A stretch of DNA of 64,000 nt from contig JBFLZG010000084.1 of assembly GCA_040756235.1 (NCBI GenBank), positions 42,316 to 106,315 of the forward strand, written 5' to 3'. Made by a program: the position numbers and the translations under genes. Numbering within the stretch: the first letter of the stretch is position 1; the number at the start of each line of letters is the position of its first letter. The notes below the pieces were generated by a model that did no database searches, was not told the DNA's origin, and worked only from the letters and a program-made list of their open reading frames with translations. This stretch comes from a bacterium. GTDB lineage: Bacteria; Desulfobacterota; DSWW01. Below are positions 54,756 to 63,929 of the stretch, piece by piece.

Positions 54756-55136
54756 ATGCCTAAATTGAAGAGTCTGGAGGACCTGAGAAAGCTCCGCGAG
54801 GAAGCGCAGCGGGACATCCGCGTCCGGCTCGACACCGGGACCAAGATCACCGTGGGAATGGGGACCTGCGGGATCGCGGCGGGCGCCCGGGAGACGATGC
54901 ACGCCATCCTGGAAGAGCTCAAGAAGCGGGACATCGAAGCCCATGTCACGACCGTGGGCTGCATCGGCATGTGCGCCGCGGAGCCCCTGGTCGACGTCGA
55001 ACAGGCCGGGGGGACCCGAATCACGTACGGCCGCGTCAAGCCCGACATGGTGCCCGGCCTCATCGAGGAGCACCTGGTCAACGGCCGCATCGTGGAGCCT
55101 TGGGTGGTGGGCCGGATCCGGAAGGAAGCCAAATAG
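54756..55136 (+). CDS. Thioredoxin-like ferredoxin (HndB/HydD-like)
   Basis: VGMGTCGIAAGA...GCIGMC..EPLV. Confidence 0.88.
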   Translation: MPKLKSLEDLRKLREEAQRDIRVRLDTGTKITVGMGTCGIAAGARETMHAILEELKKRDIEAHVTTVGCIGMCAAEPLVDVEQAGGTRITYGRVKPDMVPGLIEEHLVNGRIVEPWVVGRIRKEAK

Positions 55137-55148
55137 GGGGATTCTCCC

Positions 55149-55619
55149 ATGATTCAGGCAGAGCTGAAAGAGATCGTTCAGCGGTCGATCCGGATGGAGG
55201 AGAGCTCGTTCAACCTGTACCGGGCGGCGGCCGGCCGGGTCAAGGATCCGGGCGCCCGCGCCGGACTGGCGGAGCTGGCCGAGCAGGAGAAGCAGCACAA
55301 GGCCAGGCTCGAGCGGCTGCTGGCGGGAGACATGAAGTGGAGCGCCGGGCTCTCCGGGAAGGGCAAGGGCAAGATCAAGGACCTTCACATCGGAGATCAC
55401 CTCGAGGCCAGGCCGTTGGACGAGGCATCGAGCCTCCAGGACGTTCTGATCGTGGCCATCAAGCGGGAGGAGGCCACGGGCAACCTCTACTCCCAGATGG
55501 CGGCGCTCGTGGATTCGGACCCCGAGAAGGAGTTGTTCGAAACGCTGGCGCGCGAGGAAGCCAGGCACAAGCTGTACGTGGAAAGCCTGTACGAGAAGGA
55601 AATCTACAAGGAATTCTAG
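55149..55619 (+). CDS. Ferritin/rubrerythrin-like di-iron protein
   Basis: Two E...Y...EExxH-type halves (QEKQH, EEARH). Confidence 0.82.
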   Translation: MIQAELKEIVQRSIRMEESSFNLYRAAAGRVKDPGARAGLAELAEQEKQHKARLERLLAGDMKWSAGLSGKGKGKIKDLHIGDHLEARPLDEASSLQDVLIVAIKREEATGNLYSQMAALVDSDPEKELFETLAREEARHKLYVESLYEKEIYKEF

Positions 55620-55725
55620 ATTATGAGCTGCTCCCTAGGTCTCCCCGCTGCACCCGGGTGCTGAAAGACACCCTCTCCGGAGGCTGCCGGGAACCGGGCA
55701 GCCTCTGCCGAAGGAGGAACCGGTC

Positions 55726-58700
55726 ATGGTCGAAGCCCTATACCGAGCCAATGTACTGATCTGCGGAGGCACCGGATGCACGGCCTCGGGATCCGAGCAC
55801 GTTCAGAAAGCCCTGCAGGAGGAGATCGTCCGGCGAGGTCTGGAGAACGAGGTCCGCGTGATCCAGACCGGCTGCCGGGGCTTCTGCGCGATGGGCCCGG
55901 TCATCATGGTCTACCCGGAAGGGATCTTCTACTGCCAGGTCCAGAAGGACGACGTGCCGATCCTGGTCGAGGAGACCCTGGTCAAGGGGCGCATCGTGGA
56001 GCGGCTGGCCTACCGCGAGCCCGCCCAGCACCGGGCGATCCCGCACTACGGAGAGATCCCCTTCTACAAGAAGCAGCTCCGCATCGCCCTGCGCAACTGC
56101 GGCATGATCGACCCGGAGAGGATCGAGGAGTACATCGCCCACGACGGCTACGCGGCCCTCACCAAGGTGCTCACCCAGATGACGCGGGAGGAAGTCATCG
56201 CCGAAGTGAAGAACTCGGGCCTCCGGGGCCGGGGCGGGGCCGGGTTCCCGGCCGGGCTGAAATGGGAGTTCACCAGTCGCTCCCCGGGCGAGCCCAAGTA
56301 CGTGGTGTGCAACGCGGACGAGGGAGACCCGGGCGCCTTCATGGACCGCAGCATCATCGAAGGGGACCCGCACAGTCTGGTCGAGGGCATGACGATCGCC
56401 GCTTACGCGATCGGCGCCAAGGAAGGGTACGTGTACTGTCGGGCTGAGTACCCGCTGGCCATCAAGCGCCTCAAGGTCGCCATCCATGACGCCGAGGAGT
56501 ACGGGCTCATGGGCGAGAAGATCCTGGGGACGAACTTCGAATTTCATCTGCACATCAAGGAAGGGGCCGGGGCCTTTGTTTGTGGTGAGGAGACGGCGCT
56601 TCTGGCTTCGATCGAGGGTCGCAGGGGAGAACCGAGGCCCCGCCCCCCCTTCCCGGCCGTTTCGGGCCTCTGGGGGAAGCCCACCAACCTGAACAACGTG
56701 AAGAGCTATGCCAACGTGCCGCAGATCATCCTCAAAGGGTCGGAGTGGTTCAGCAGCATCGGCCCGGCCCGCAGCCCCGGCACGGCGATTTTCGCCCTGA
56801 CCGGGAAAGTGAACAACACGGGCCTCGTGGAAGTGCCGATGGGGATCACGCTGGGCGAGATCATCTTCGACATCGGCGGCGGCATCTTGAACGGCAGGAA
56901 GTTCAAGGCCGTCCAGACCGGCGGCCCGCTGGGCGGGTGCATCCCGGCCGAGCACCTCAACGTGAAGGTGGACTTCGACTCGCTCAAGGACGTGGGCGCG
57001 GTGATGGGCTCGGGCGGCATGATCGTGGTCGACGAAGACACCTGCATGGTCGAGTTCGCCAAATTCTTCTTGACCTTTGCCACGGCCGAGAGCTGCGGCA
57101 AGTGCATTCCCTGCCGGGCCGGCGGCAAGCGCATGCTGGAGATCCTGACGCGGATCTGCGACGGCAAGGGGCGGATGGAGGATATCGAGAAGATCCGCGA
57201 GATCGCGGCCGGTATGGATGCCGGCGCCCTCTGCGCCCTGGGCCAGCTCACGCCGGGGCCGGTGATGGCGTCGCTCCGGTACTTCATGGACGAGTTCGTA
57301 GCTCACATCGAGGACCAGCGCTGCGAGGCCGGAGCCTGCAAGGAGCTGGTGACTGCGCGCTGTCTGAACGCCTGCCCTGCCGGGGTCGACGTCCCGGCGT
57401 ACGTGAGCCTGGCAGCCGAGGGGAGATACGCGGAAGCGCTGGAGATCCATCGCGACCGGAACCCGTTCGCCCTGGCTTGCGGCCGCGTCTGCCCGGCGTT
57501 CTGCGAGCAGCGCTGCCGCCGGGGCGATATCGATCAGCCGGTAGGGATCCGTTCGATCAAGCGCTTCATGGCGGACCATGAGGTGAAGACCCCCTGGAAG
57601 CCGCTGCGCGTCTCGGACGCCAAGGCCGAAAAGATCGCGGTCGTGGGCTCCGGGCCTGCGGGGCTCACCGCGGCGCTGCGGCTGGCCCAGCGGGGCTACA
57701 AGGTCACGATCTTCGAGGCCCTCCCGGTGGCCGGAGGCATGATGGCGGTCGGCATCCCGGAGTACCGGCTGCCGCGGGACGTGCTGAACGAGGAGATCGA
57801 CAACATCCGGCGGGCCGGCGTCGAGATCGTCTGCAACAAGGCGCTGGGCCGGGATTTCACGATCGAGAGCCTGATGAACGCTCAGGGTTTCAAGGCGGTG
57901 GTCGTCGCCATCGGCGCCCACAAGAGCATGCGCCTCGGCACGCCCGGCGAGGACAAGGAGGGCGTGTACCAGGGCGTCGACTTCCTGCGCGACGTGGCGC
58001 TCGGCAGGGCTCCGGACATGAAGGGCAAGCGGGTGGCGGTCGTGGGCGGAGGCAACGTTGCGATCGACGCGGCCCGCACCGCGTGGCGCCTGGGCGCGGC
58101 CGAGGTGAACGTGGTCTACCGGCGCGCACGCCAGGACATGCCTGCCTACGCCGAGGAGATCGAAGCGGCCGAGCAGGAAGGGATCATCTTCCACTACCTG
58201 TCCAACCCCGTGCGCGTGCTCGGTCCGGCGCGCGTGACGGCCGTCGAGGTCCAGCACCAGCAGCTGGCCGATTTCGATTCGAGCGGCCGCAGGCGGCCGG
58301 TGCCGGTCGAGGGCGCGGTGTTCCAGCTCTCGGTGGACTTCCTGATCCCGGCCATCGGCCAGCGGCCGGACAGCACGTGCGTCGAAGGCGCCGGGCTGGA
58401 GGTGAACAGGGACTCCACCCTCAAGGTCTCCAAGGAACTGGCCGCCTCGAGGCCGGGCGTGTTCGCGGCCGGAGACGCGGTCTCCGGGCCGGCTTCCGTG
58501 ATCGAGGCGGTGGCCCAGGGGAACCGGGTGGCGAACGCCGTGGACCAGTACCTGCGCGCCGGCCAGATCGAGAAATACGATTCCAGGCCCGTGGTGCGCT
58601 TCCCGGAAATCACCTGGGACATGGAGCAGTACGGAGGGGCCGCTCGGCTCCGCCCGCGCCACGTGGAGGTTGCGGCCCGCAGGGGCAGCTTCCAGGAGGT

Positions 58701-58830
58701 CGAGCTGGGGCAGGACGAGAAGACGATCCGAGAGGAATGCAAGCGCTGCCTGCGCTGCGATCTGGAGTGGCTGGAGAGCCATCCGGCGGCCCGTGAGCCG
58801 GAGCGGGTACGCGCGGCCGAAGGGGCCTGA
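55726..58830 (+). CDS. NuoF/HydB-like FMN/NADH subunit fused to a GltD/NfnB-like FAD/NAD(P)H module
   Basis: CGGTGC...CRGFC; GLRGRGGAGF; NADEGDPGAFMDR; GAFVCGEET; CGKCIPC; then CLNACP, CGRVCPAFCEQRC, GSGPAG, GGGNVAID, YRR, CKRCLRC. Confidence 0.92.
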   Translation: MVEALYRANVLICGGTGCTASGSEHVQKALQEEIVRRGLENEVRVIQTGCRGFCAMGPVIMVYPEGIFYCQVQKDDVPILVEETLVKGRIVERLAYREPAQHRAIPHYGEIPFYKKQLRIALRNCGMIDPERIEEYIAHDGYAALTKVLTQMTREEVIAEVKNSGLRGRGGAGFPAGLKWEFTSRSPGEPKYVVCNADEGDPGAFMDRSIIEGDPHSLVEGMTIAAYAIGAKEGYVYCRAEYPLAIKRLKVAIHDAEEYGLMGEKILGTNFEFHLHIKEGAGAFVCGEETALLASIEGRRGEPRPRPPFPAVSGLWGKPTNLNNVKSYANVPQIILKGSEWFSSIGPARSPGTAIFALTGKVNNTGLVEVPMGITLGEIIFDIGGGILNGRKFKAVQTGGPLGGCIPAEHLNVKVDFDSLKDVGAVMGSGGMIVVDEDTCMVEFAKFFLTFATAESCGKCIPCRAGGKRMLEILTRICDGKGRMEDIEKIREIAAGMDAGALCALGQLTPGPVMASLRYFMDEFVAHIEDQRCEAGACKELVTARCLNACPAGVDVPAYVSLAAEGRYAEALEIHRDRNPFALACGRVCPAFCEQRCRRGDIDQPVGIRSIKRFMADHEVKTPWKPLRVSDAKAEKIAVVGSGPAGLTAALRLAQRGYKVTIFEALPVAGGMMAVGIPEYRLPRDVLNEEIDNIRRAGVEIVCNKALGRDFTIESLMNAQGFKAVVVAIGAHKSMRLGTPGEDKEGVYQGVDFLRDVALGRAPDMKGKRVAVVGGGNVAIDAARTAWRLGAAEVNVVYRRARQDMPAYAEEIEAAEQEGIIFHYLSNPVRVLGPARVTAVEVQHQQLADFDSSGRRRPVPVEGAVFQLSVDFLIPAIGQRPDSTCVEGAGLEVNRDSTLKVSKELAASRPGVFAAGDAVSGPASVIEAVAQGNRVANAVDQYLRAGQIEKYDSRPVVRFPEITWDMEQYGGAARLRPRHVEVAARRGSFQEVELGQDEKTIREECKRCLRCDLEWLESHPAAREPERVRAAEGA

Positions 58831-58865
58831 AGAGGAGTTCAAGCGGAGTGCGTGAGGCGAAAGCA

Positions 58866-58991
58866 GAGGCTGGTGAGAAATGCCCAGATGCAAGGCGCGC
58901 GAAGTCCTGAGGAACGAGGCGTACACGGTCAGTACGCCGCAGTGAGGAAGGACGAGCGCAACGCAGCAGATGGGCGTTTATCGACAGCCTC
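58866..58991 (+). repeat. MITE-like repeat, copy 6
   Basis: GAGGCTG...AAATGCCCAGATGCAAGGCGCGCGAA...GAGCGCAACGCAGCAGATGGGCGTTT...CAGCCTC. Confidence 0.85.
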
Positions 58992-59009
58992 TCCGGAGGA
59001 GGATGACGC

Positions 59010-60794
59010 ATGGCTTCCATCAACATCACCATTGACGGTCAGAAGGTTACCGCCCAAACCGGCCAGACGGTCCTCGAAGCAGCGAAGGCGGCCGGCATCG
59101 ACATCCCGACCCTCTGTCACCATCCCTCTCTCAAGCCGATCGGCGCCTGCCGGGTGTGCCTGGTGGAGATCGCGGGGCAGAGAACGCTGCAGCCCGCCTG
59201 CACCTTCCCGGTGGCGGACAAGATGGACGTGAAGACCGAGTCTCCGAAGGTGATCCAGGCCCGCAAGTTCGTCATGGAGCTGATCTTCACCGAGCGCAAC
59301 CACTTCTGCATGTACTGCGAGATGAGCGGCGACTGCGAGCTGCAGAAGCTGGCCTATCGGTACGGCATCGACCACATGACCTACGACACCTACGCCCAGC
59401 GCTTCCCGGTCGACGCGACCCCGACCTACCACCTGCTGGACCACAACCGGTGCATCCTCTGCCGGCGCTGCATCCGCGCCTGCGCGGAGCGGGTCGCCAA
59501 CCACACGCTGGACATGCGCCAGCGCGGAGCGGCTTCGATGATCCATGCCGACATGAACCTGCCGATCGGCGAGTCCTCCTGCCTGTCCTGCGGCAACTGC
59601 CTGGACGTGTGCCCCACCGGTGCGCTGATCGACAAGCGCAGCGCCTTCATGGCCAGGAGCGAACAGAGCGAGTCCTGCAAGACCGTCTGCGCCCAGTGCA
59701 GCGTGGGCTGCGGGGTCGACGTCGTGACGCGAGGGGGGAGCATCCTCAGGATCCAGGGTGACCCGGCCGGGCCGGTCAACGGCGGGCTGCTGTGCAAGAA
59801 AGGCCGCTTCGAAGTGCTCTACGACCCGAGACCCCGCATCCTGACCCCTCTGCTCGAGGCCCAGGGCAAGCAGGCGGAAGCGGACTGGGAACAGGCGCTG
59901 AAAACGGTCGTGGACCGCCTCGGCCGCACCGCCGGCCCGAAGCTCGGCGTGCTCGCCTCGAGCCATGCCACCAACGAGGCGCTGTTTCTCGTGAGCAAGC
60001 TCTTTTCCAAGGAGCTCAAGTCCGCTCAGATCGGCCTTCTCAACGCAGCGGCCCCGGCGCTCTCGAAGAAATCCGAGGGGTCTCTCGCGGACATTCTGGC
60101 GAGCGACTGCATCGTGGTCGCCGGGGCGGACCCGGCCCAGGAGCAGCCCGTGGCCTCTTTCTTCGTGAAGCGCGCGGTGGACGGCGGCGCCCGGCTCATC
60201 GTGGTCGAGGACCGGGAAAGCGCCCTGGCCGTTTTCGCTGAAACGGTCCTGGGAACGAAGGAGGTGCGCAAGGCGGTCGAGGCGGCCCAGGCGGCCCGGA
60301 AGCCGGTGGTCCTCTACGGGGCCGGCCTCGGCAGCGCCGAGCGGAACGAGCTCAAGTCGCTCGAAGGCAAGGCCTGCTTCGTTGCCCTTCAGCCCGGGGT
60401 CAACACGTTCGCCGCGGTGCGGTTCGGGCTCGACAAGGGCGCGGACCTCTCCGGCCTGGAAGTGCTGTATGTCCTGGCGGGCGACCAGGAGGTGGATGCA
60501 AAGACCGCCCTCAAGGGGATCGGCAAGGAGACTTTCCTGATCGTGCAGGCCAGCCATGCATCGGCCCTGACCGAAAGGGCCGACGTGGTCCTGCCCATGG
60601 CGGGTTGGGCGGAGCGGTCCGGGACGCTGACCAACGCAACGGGCGTCGTCCAGGAAGCACGCAAGGCGACCGAGCCGGCCGGTTCGTCGAAACCGGACTG
60701 GGAAATCCTCTCGCTTCTGGCCGCAAGACTGGGCAAGAAGCTGGGCGCGTCCCTGGACGAGATCGCGGTGAGCGCAACCCAGCAGCTCCAATAG
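59010..60794 (+). CDS. NuoG/HydA-like Fe-S subunit (no H-cluster; reduced molybdopterin-oxidoreductase fold)
   Basis: IPTLC...GACRVC...C; HFCMYC...C; CILCRRC; CLSCGNC; CAQCSVGC...LC; ADVVLP...ERSGTLTN. Confidence 0.9.
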   Translation: MASINITIDGQKVTAQTGQTVLEAAKAAGIDIPTLCHHPSLKPIGACRVCLVEIAGQRTLQPACTFPVADKMDVKTESPKVIQARKFVMELIFTERNHFCMYCEMSGDCELQKLAYRYGIDHMTYDTYAQRFPVDATPTYHLLDHNRCILCRRCIRACAERVANHTLDMRQRGAASMIHADMNLPIGESSCLSCGNCLDVCPTGALIDKRSAFMARSEQSESCKTVCAQCSVGCGVDVVTRGGSILRIQGDPAGPVNGGLLCKKGRFEVLYDPRPRILTPLLEAQGKQAEADWEQALKTVVDRLGRTAGPKLGVLASSHATNEALFLVSKLFSKELKSAQIGLLNAAAPALSKKSEGSLADILASDCIVVAGADPAQEQPVASFFVKRAVDGGARLIVVEDRESALAVFAETVLGTKEVRKAVEAAQAARKPVVLYGAGLGSAERNELKSLEGKACFVALQPGVNTFAAVRFGLDKGADLSGLEVLYVLAGDQEVDAKTALKGIGKETFLIVQASHASALTERADVVLPMAGWAERSGTLTNATGVVQEARKATEPAGSSKPDWEILSLLAARLGKKLGASLDEIAVSATQQLQ

Positions 60795-60861
60795 CAAGGG
60801 ACTACAAGGGCTCGCACGAGATGTCCGCAAGCAAGGGGCAGCCTCGAAAAGGAGAAGCGAA

Positions 60862-61407
60862 ATGGCAAAAGTAACCGTCGCCACGGACTGGCTGGCCGCC
60901 TGTGCAGGGTGCCACATGTCCTTGCTGGACATCGACGAACGCATCGTCGGCCTGTTGGATTTGGTGGAATTCACCTCCACCCCGGTGACCGATCTCAAGC
61001 ATCCTCCCAAGGAAGGTGTGACCGTGGGGATCCTCACGGGCGCGATCTGCAACACCCACAACATCGAAGTGGCCAAGAGAATGCGGGAGCGGTGCAAGGT
61101 TCTCATCGCCCTGGGCGACTGTGCGACTTTCGGCGGCATCGTGGCGACCCGCAACCTGGCAGGCACCGGAGCCTGTCTCAAGAGGGCCTACCTGGAGGCG
61201 GAGAGCGTGGTCGACGGCGTCATCCCGGGCTGCCCCGAGCTGGGCATCCCGCTCGAGAGAGTCACCGGCATCGGCGACGTGGTGAAGGTGGATTTCTTCC
61301 TCCCCGGGTGCCCGCCCCGGGCGGATGCGATCTACTACGCGGTTTCCGAGCTGCTGGCCGGCCGGGTTCCGATCGTTCTTCCCCCCGAGCACTTCAAATA
61401 CGACTGA
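60862..61407 (+). CDS. hoxY: Group 3 [NiFe]-hydrogenase small subunit
   Basis: WLAACAGCHMS, ALGDCA, LPGCPP; short form with one cluster. Confidence 0.9.
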   Translation: MAKVTVATDWLAACAGCHMSLLDIDERIVGLLDLVEFTSTPVTDLKHPPKEGVTVGILTGAICNTHNIEVAKRMRERCKVLIALGDCATFGGIVATRNLAGTGACLKRAYLEAESVVDGVIPGCPELGIPLERVTGIGDVVKVDFFLPGCPPRADAIYYAVSELLAGRVPIVLPPEHFKYD

Positions 61408-61559
61408 GGAGCCTGTTGAAGACAGGCTCCGAGCAGGCTGGTCGAAAATGTCCAGATGCAAGGCAGGCGAAGACCCGAGGAATGAGGCGTACACGGAACT
61501 ACGCCGCAATGACGAGGGGCGAGACGAACGCAGCAGATGGGCATTTTTCAACAGCCTGC
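61408..61559 (+). repeat. MITE-like repeat, copy 7
   Basis: GGAGCCTGT-TGAAG-ACAGGCTCC hairpin, then GCAGGCTG...CAGATGCAAGGC...CAGATGGGCATTTTTCAACAGCCTGC. Confidence 0.85.
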
Positions 61560-61574
61560 AGAAGGAGAGACACG

Positions 61575-63002
61575 ATGGGTGCACGTAAGATCACGATAGA
61601 GCCCGTCACCCGCATCGAAGGTCATGGCCGCGTGACCATTCACCTGAACGATGCGGGCGAGGTCGAGCAGACGTTCTTTCACGTCGATGAATTCCGCGGG
61701 CTGGAGAAATTCAGCGAGGGGCGGCCCTATTTCGAGATGCCCCAGATCACCCAGCGCATCTGCGGCATCTGCCCGGTCAGCCACCACCTGGCCTCGTCCA
61801 AGGCCTGCGACGGGGTGGCCGGCGTGGATCCGCCCAGGCCGGCCAAGCTCCTCCGGGAGCTGCTGCACATGGGCCAGTATGTGCAGTCCCACGGCATGCA
61901 CTTCTTCCATCTGGCGGCCCCGGACCTCGTCTTCGGGTTCGACGCCGATCCGGCGACGCGCAACGTGTTCGGCATCATCAAGGCCAACCCGCAGCTGGCC
62001 CTGAAAGCGGTCAACCTCAGGCGCTACGGCCAGCAGATCATCGAGCGCCTGGGCTCCAAGCGCGTACACCCGAACCTGGGCGTTCCGGGCGGGGTGAACG
62101 GACCGCTCAGCGCCGCGGACCGGGACGCCATCGCCGGGGAGCTGGATGCGATGGTGGGCATCGCCAAGGAAGCCGTGGCCATAGGCAAAGGCTGGATCGA
62201 GGGGAACAAGGACCTCGTCGCTTCCTTCGCCTCCTTCCCGTCCAACTACATGGGCATGGTCGACGAAAAGGGAAGACTTCAGCTCTATGACGGGGAAATC
62301 CGCGTTCGGGACAGCCAGGGAGGGTTCCTGGCCCAGTTCAAGCAGCCCGACTACCTCGAGCACGTGGCCGAGCACGTGGAGACCTGGTCGTTCCTGAAGT
62401 TCCCCTATCTTCGCAAATTGGGCTGGCCGCAGGGCACGTATCGGGTCGGGCCCCTGGGGCGCCTGAACGTGGTGGACAGCATCGGCACCCCGATGGCGGA
62501 TGCCGAGTTCAAGATCTTCAAGGGGATTCGGGGCGGCAAGCCCGTGGAAGGATCGCTCTTCTATCATTATGCCAGGCTCATCGAGCTGGTTTACGCCCTG
62601 GAGCGGATCGCCCAGTTGCTGGAGGACAAGGACATCCTTTCCAGGGATATCCGGGCGTTCGGAACGCCGCAGCTGGCCGGGCACGGGGTGGGGATCGTCG
62701 AGGCGCCCAGAGGGACCCTGTTCCACGATTATTCCACCGGTCCGGACGGGCTGCTGACCCGGGTGAACCTGATCGTTGCAACCGGCAACAACAACTGGGC
62801 CATGCACACCTCGGCCGGTCTGGTGGCGAAGGCGTTCGTCAACGGCAACAAGCTCACCGAGGGAGTCCTGAACCGGGTCGAGGCGGCCATCCGCTGCTAC
62901 GATCCGTGCCTGTCCTGCGCGACCCACGCCATCGGGCAGATGCCGCTCGAGATCGAGCTGGTCGGCGCGGACGGGAGTGTCCTGGACAGGATGGCTCGGT
63001 GA
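61575..63002 (+). CDS. hoxH: Group 3 (3d-like) [NiFe]-hydrogenase large subunit
   Basis: PVTRIEGH, RICGICPVSH, EAPRGTL, DPCLSCATH followed by a cleavable C-terminal tail; Cys, not Sec. Confidence 0.95.
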   Translation: MGARKITIEPVTRIEGHGRVTIHLNDAGEVEQTFFHVDEFRGLEKFSEGRPYFEMPQITQRICGICPVSHHLASSKACDGVAGVDPPRPAKLLRELLHMGQYVQSHGMHFFHLAAPDLVFGFDADPATRNVFGIIKANPQLALKAVNLRRYGQQIIERLGSKRVHPNLGVPGGVNGPLSAADRDAIAGELDAMVGIAKEAVAIGKGWIEGNKDLVASFASFPSNYMGMVDEKGRLQLYDGEIRVRDSQGGFLAQFKQPDYLEHVAEHVETWSFLKFPYLRKLGWPQGTYRVGPLGRLNVVDSIGTPMADAEFKIFKGIRGGKPVEGSLFYHYARLIELVYALERIAQLLEDKDILSRDIRAFGTPQLAGHGVGIVEAPRGTLFHDYSTGPDGLLTRVNLIVATGNNNWAMHTSAGLVAKAFVNGNKLTEGVLNRVEAAIRCYDPCLSCATHAIGQMPLEIELVGADGSVLDRMAR

Positions 63003-63200
63003 GAGGCCGAGCGCCCGGCTTCCGAGAGCGCGGTTCCAAAAAGAGTACGAGTGTTGGCCGTAGAGGGCGCGGGGGAAGGCAGGAGAGGCGGTGGCTTTCG
63101 GGGAGGAGGCGGACTTCGGGTGGATGCGGATGCGGAGTGGCTGTGGCCTCGCGCCCTTTACGGAAAACTTTGAACTCCTTTACTACGCCAGGTATACTGA

Positions 63201-63755
63201 ATGTCTCGCACCTTGGTCATCGGCTACGGCAACCTGGACCGCGGAGACGACGGGGTTGCCTTCGAGGTTATCAACGCATTGCGCAGGAAACTGGGCCGGG
63301 AGCCGCTCGATGACGAGGACACGGGACAGGCAGAGCTCGGTTCGGAGACCGATACCCTTTTTCTCAGACAGCTCGTTCCGGAGCTCATGGACACGGCGGC
63401 AGAATACGACGAGCTCATCTTCGTGGACGCCCACGTGGGCGAGAACGCCCGGGAGCTCGAGTGGACCCCGATTCTGCCCGAGCTCGTTCCTTCTGCCTTC
63501 ACGCACCATGTGAACCCCGCCACGTTCCTCGCCTTGATTCGAGCGCTCTACGATCGAAGCCCGGCCGGATATCTGCTTTCGATCCGAGGCCACGAGTTCG
63601 ATTTCTGCCGGTCCTTGTCGGCGGCCACGGAACGGATGGTGGGGCCGGCTGTGGAAAAGATTCTCGGGCGGCTCTCGTCCGAAGGACGCGCGCGAGCCGT
63701 GGGCACACTCGGTAGGGTGGACAAAGCCGCAGGCGTGTCCACCAACCACGGCTGA
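63201..63755 (+). CDS. Hydrogenase maturation endopeptidase
   Basis: VIGYGNLDRGDDGV, IFVDA, THH. Confidence 0.92.
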   Translation: MSRTLVIGYGNLDRGDDGVAFEVINALRRKLGREPLDDEDTGQAELGSETDTLFLRQLVPELMDTAAEYDELIFVDAHVGENARELEWTPILPELVPSAFTHHVNPATFLALIRALYDRSPAGYLLSIRGHEFDFCRSLSAATERMVGPAVEKILGRLSSEGRARAVGTLGRVDKAAGVSTNHG

Positions 63756-63929
63756 AAATTGCGAGCGCGGCGATCCCCCGGCAGCGGCCGCAGAGTCGGA
63801 GCGGATAACATGGGACCGTCATCCCGGCCCATGTGCGGAGCGCGTGACAGCCGGGATCCAGAAGTGTGCACCAGGACCAGCTGTGGTAACTGGGCGCAGG
63901 GACTGGATTCCGGCCTTCGCCGGAATGAC
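63712..63929. repeat. Cluster of REP-like palindromes
   Basis: GTAGGGTGGACA...TGTCCACC (63712-63743), GTCATCCCGGC...GCCGGGATCCAG (63818-63861) and CTGGATTCCGGCCTTCGCCGGAATGAC (63903-63929). Confidence 0.65.

Noticed and set aside
55738..58926. 1062-aa minus-strand ORF and similar long ORFs (18933-21176, 40177-42252, 51407-53839, 58929-61181, 10714-12858)
   Set aside because: Antisense shadows of well-supported genes, expected in high-GC DNA.
59010..60794. Formate dehydrogenase or [FeFe]-hydrogenase catalytic subunit
   Set aside because: No H-cluster motifs, and the molybdopterin region is short with no evident Cys/Sec ligand; it fits an electron-transfer subunit.
60909..61574. N-terminal extension of the hydrogenase large subunit
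   Set aside because: It overlaps hoxY and a repeat; the real start is 61575 after AAGGAG.
55726..63002. Selenocysteine recoding in hydrogenase subunits
   Set aside because: The ORFs are uninterrupted and the ligand positions are Cys.
63170..63203. TTGAAC-17-TATACT as a leaderless promoter for the protease
   Set aside because: The -10 box ends only 2 nt before the ATG, too close for a transcript that includes the start codon; unresolved.
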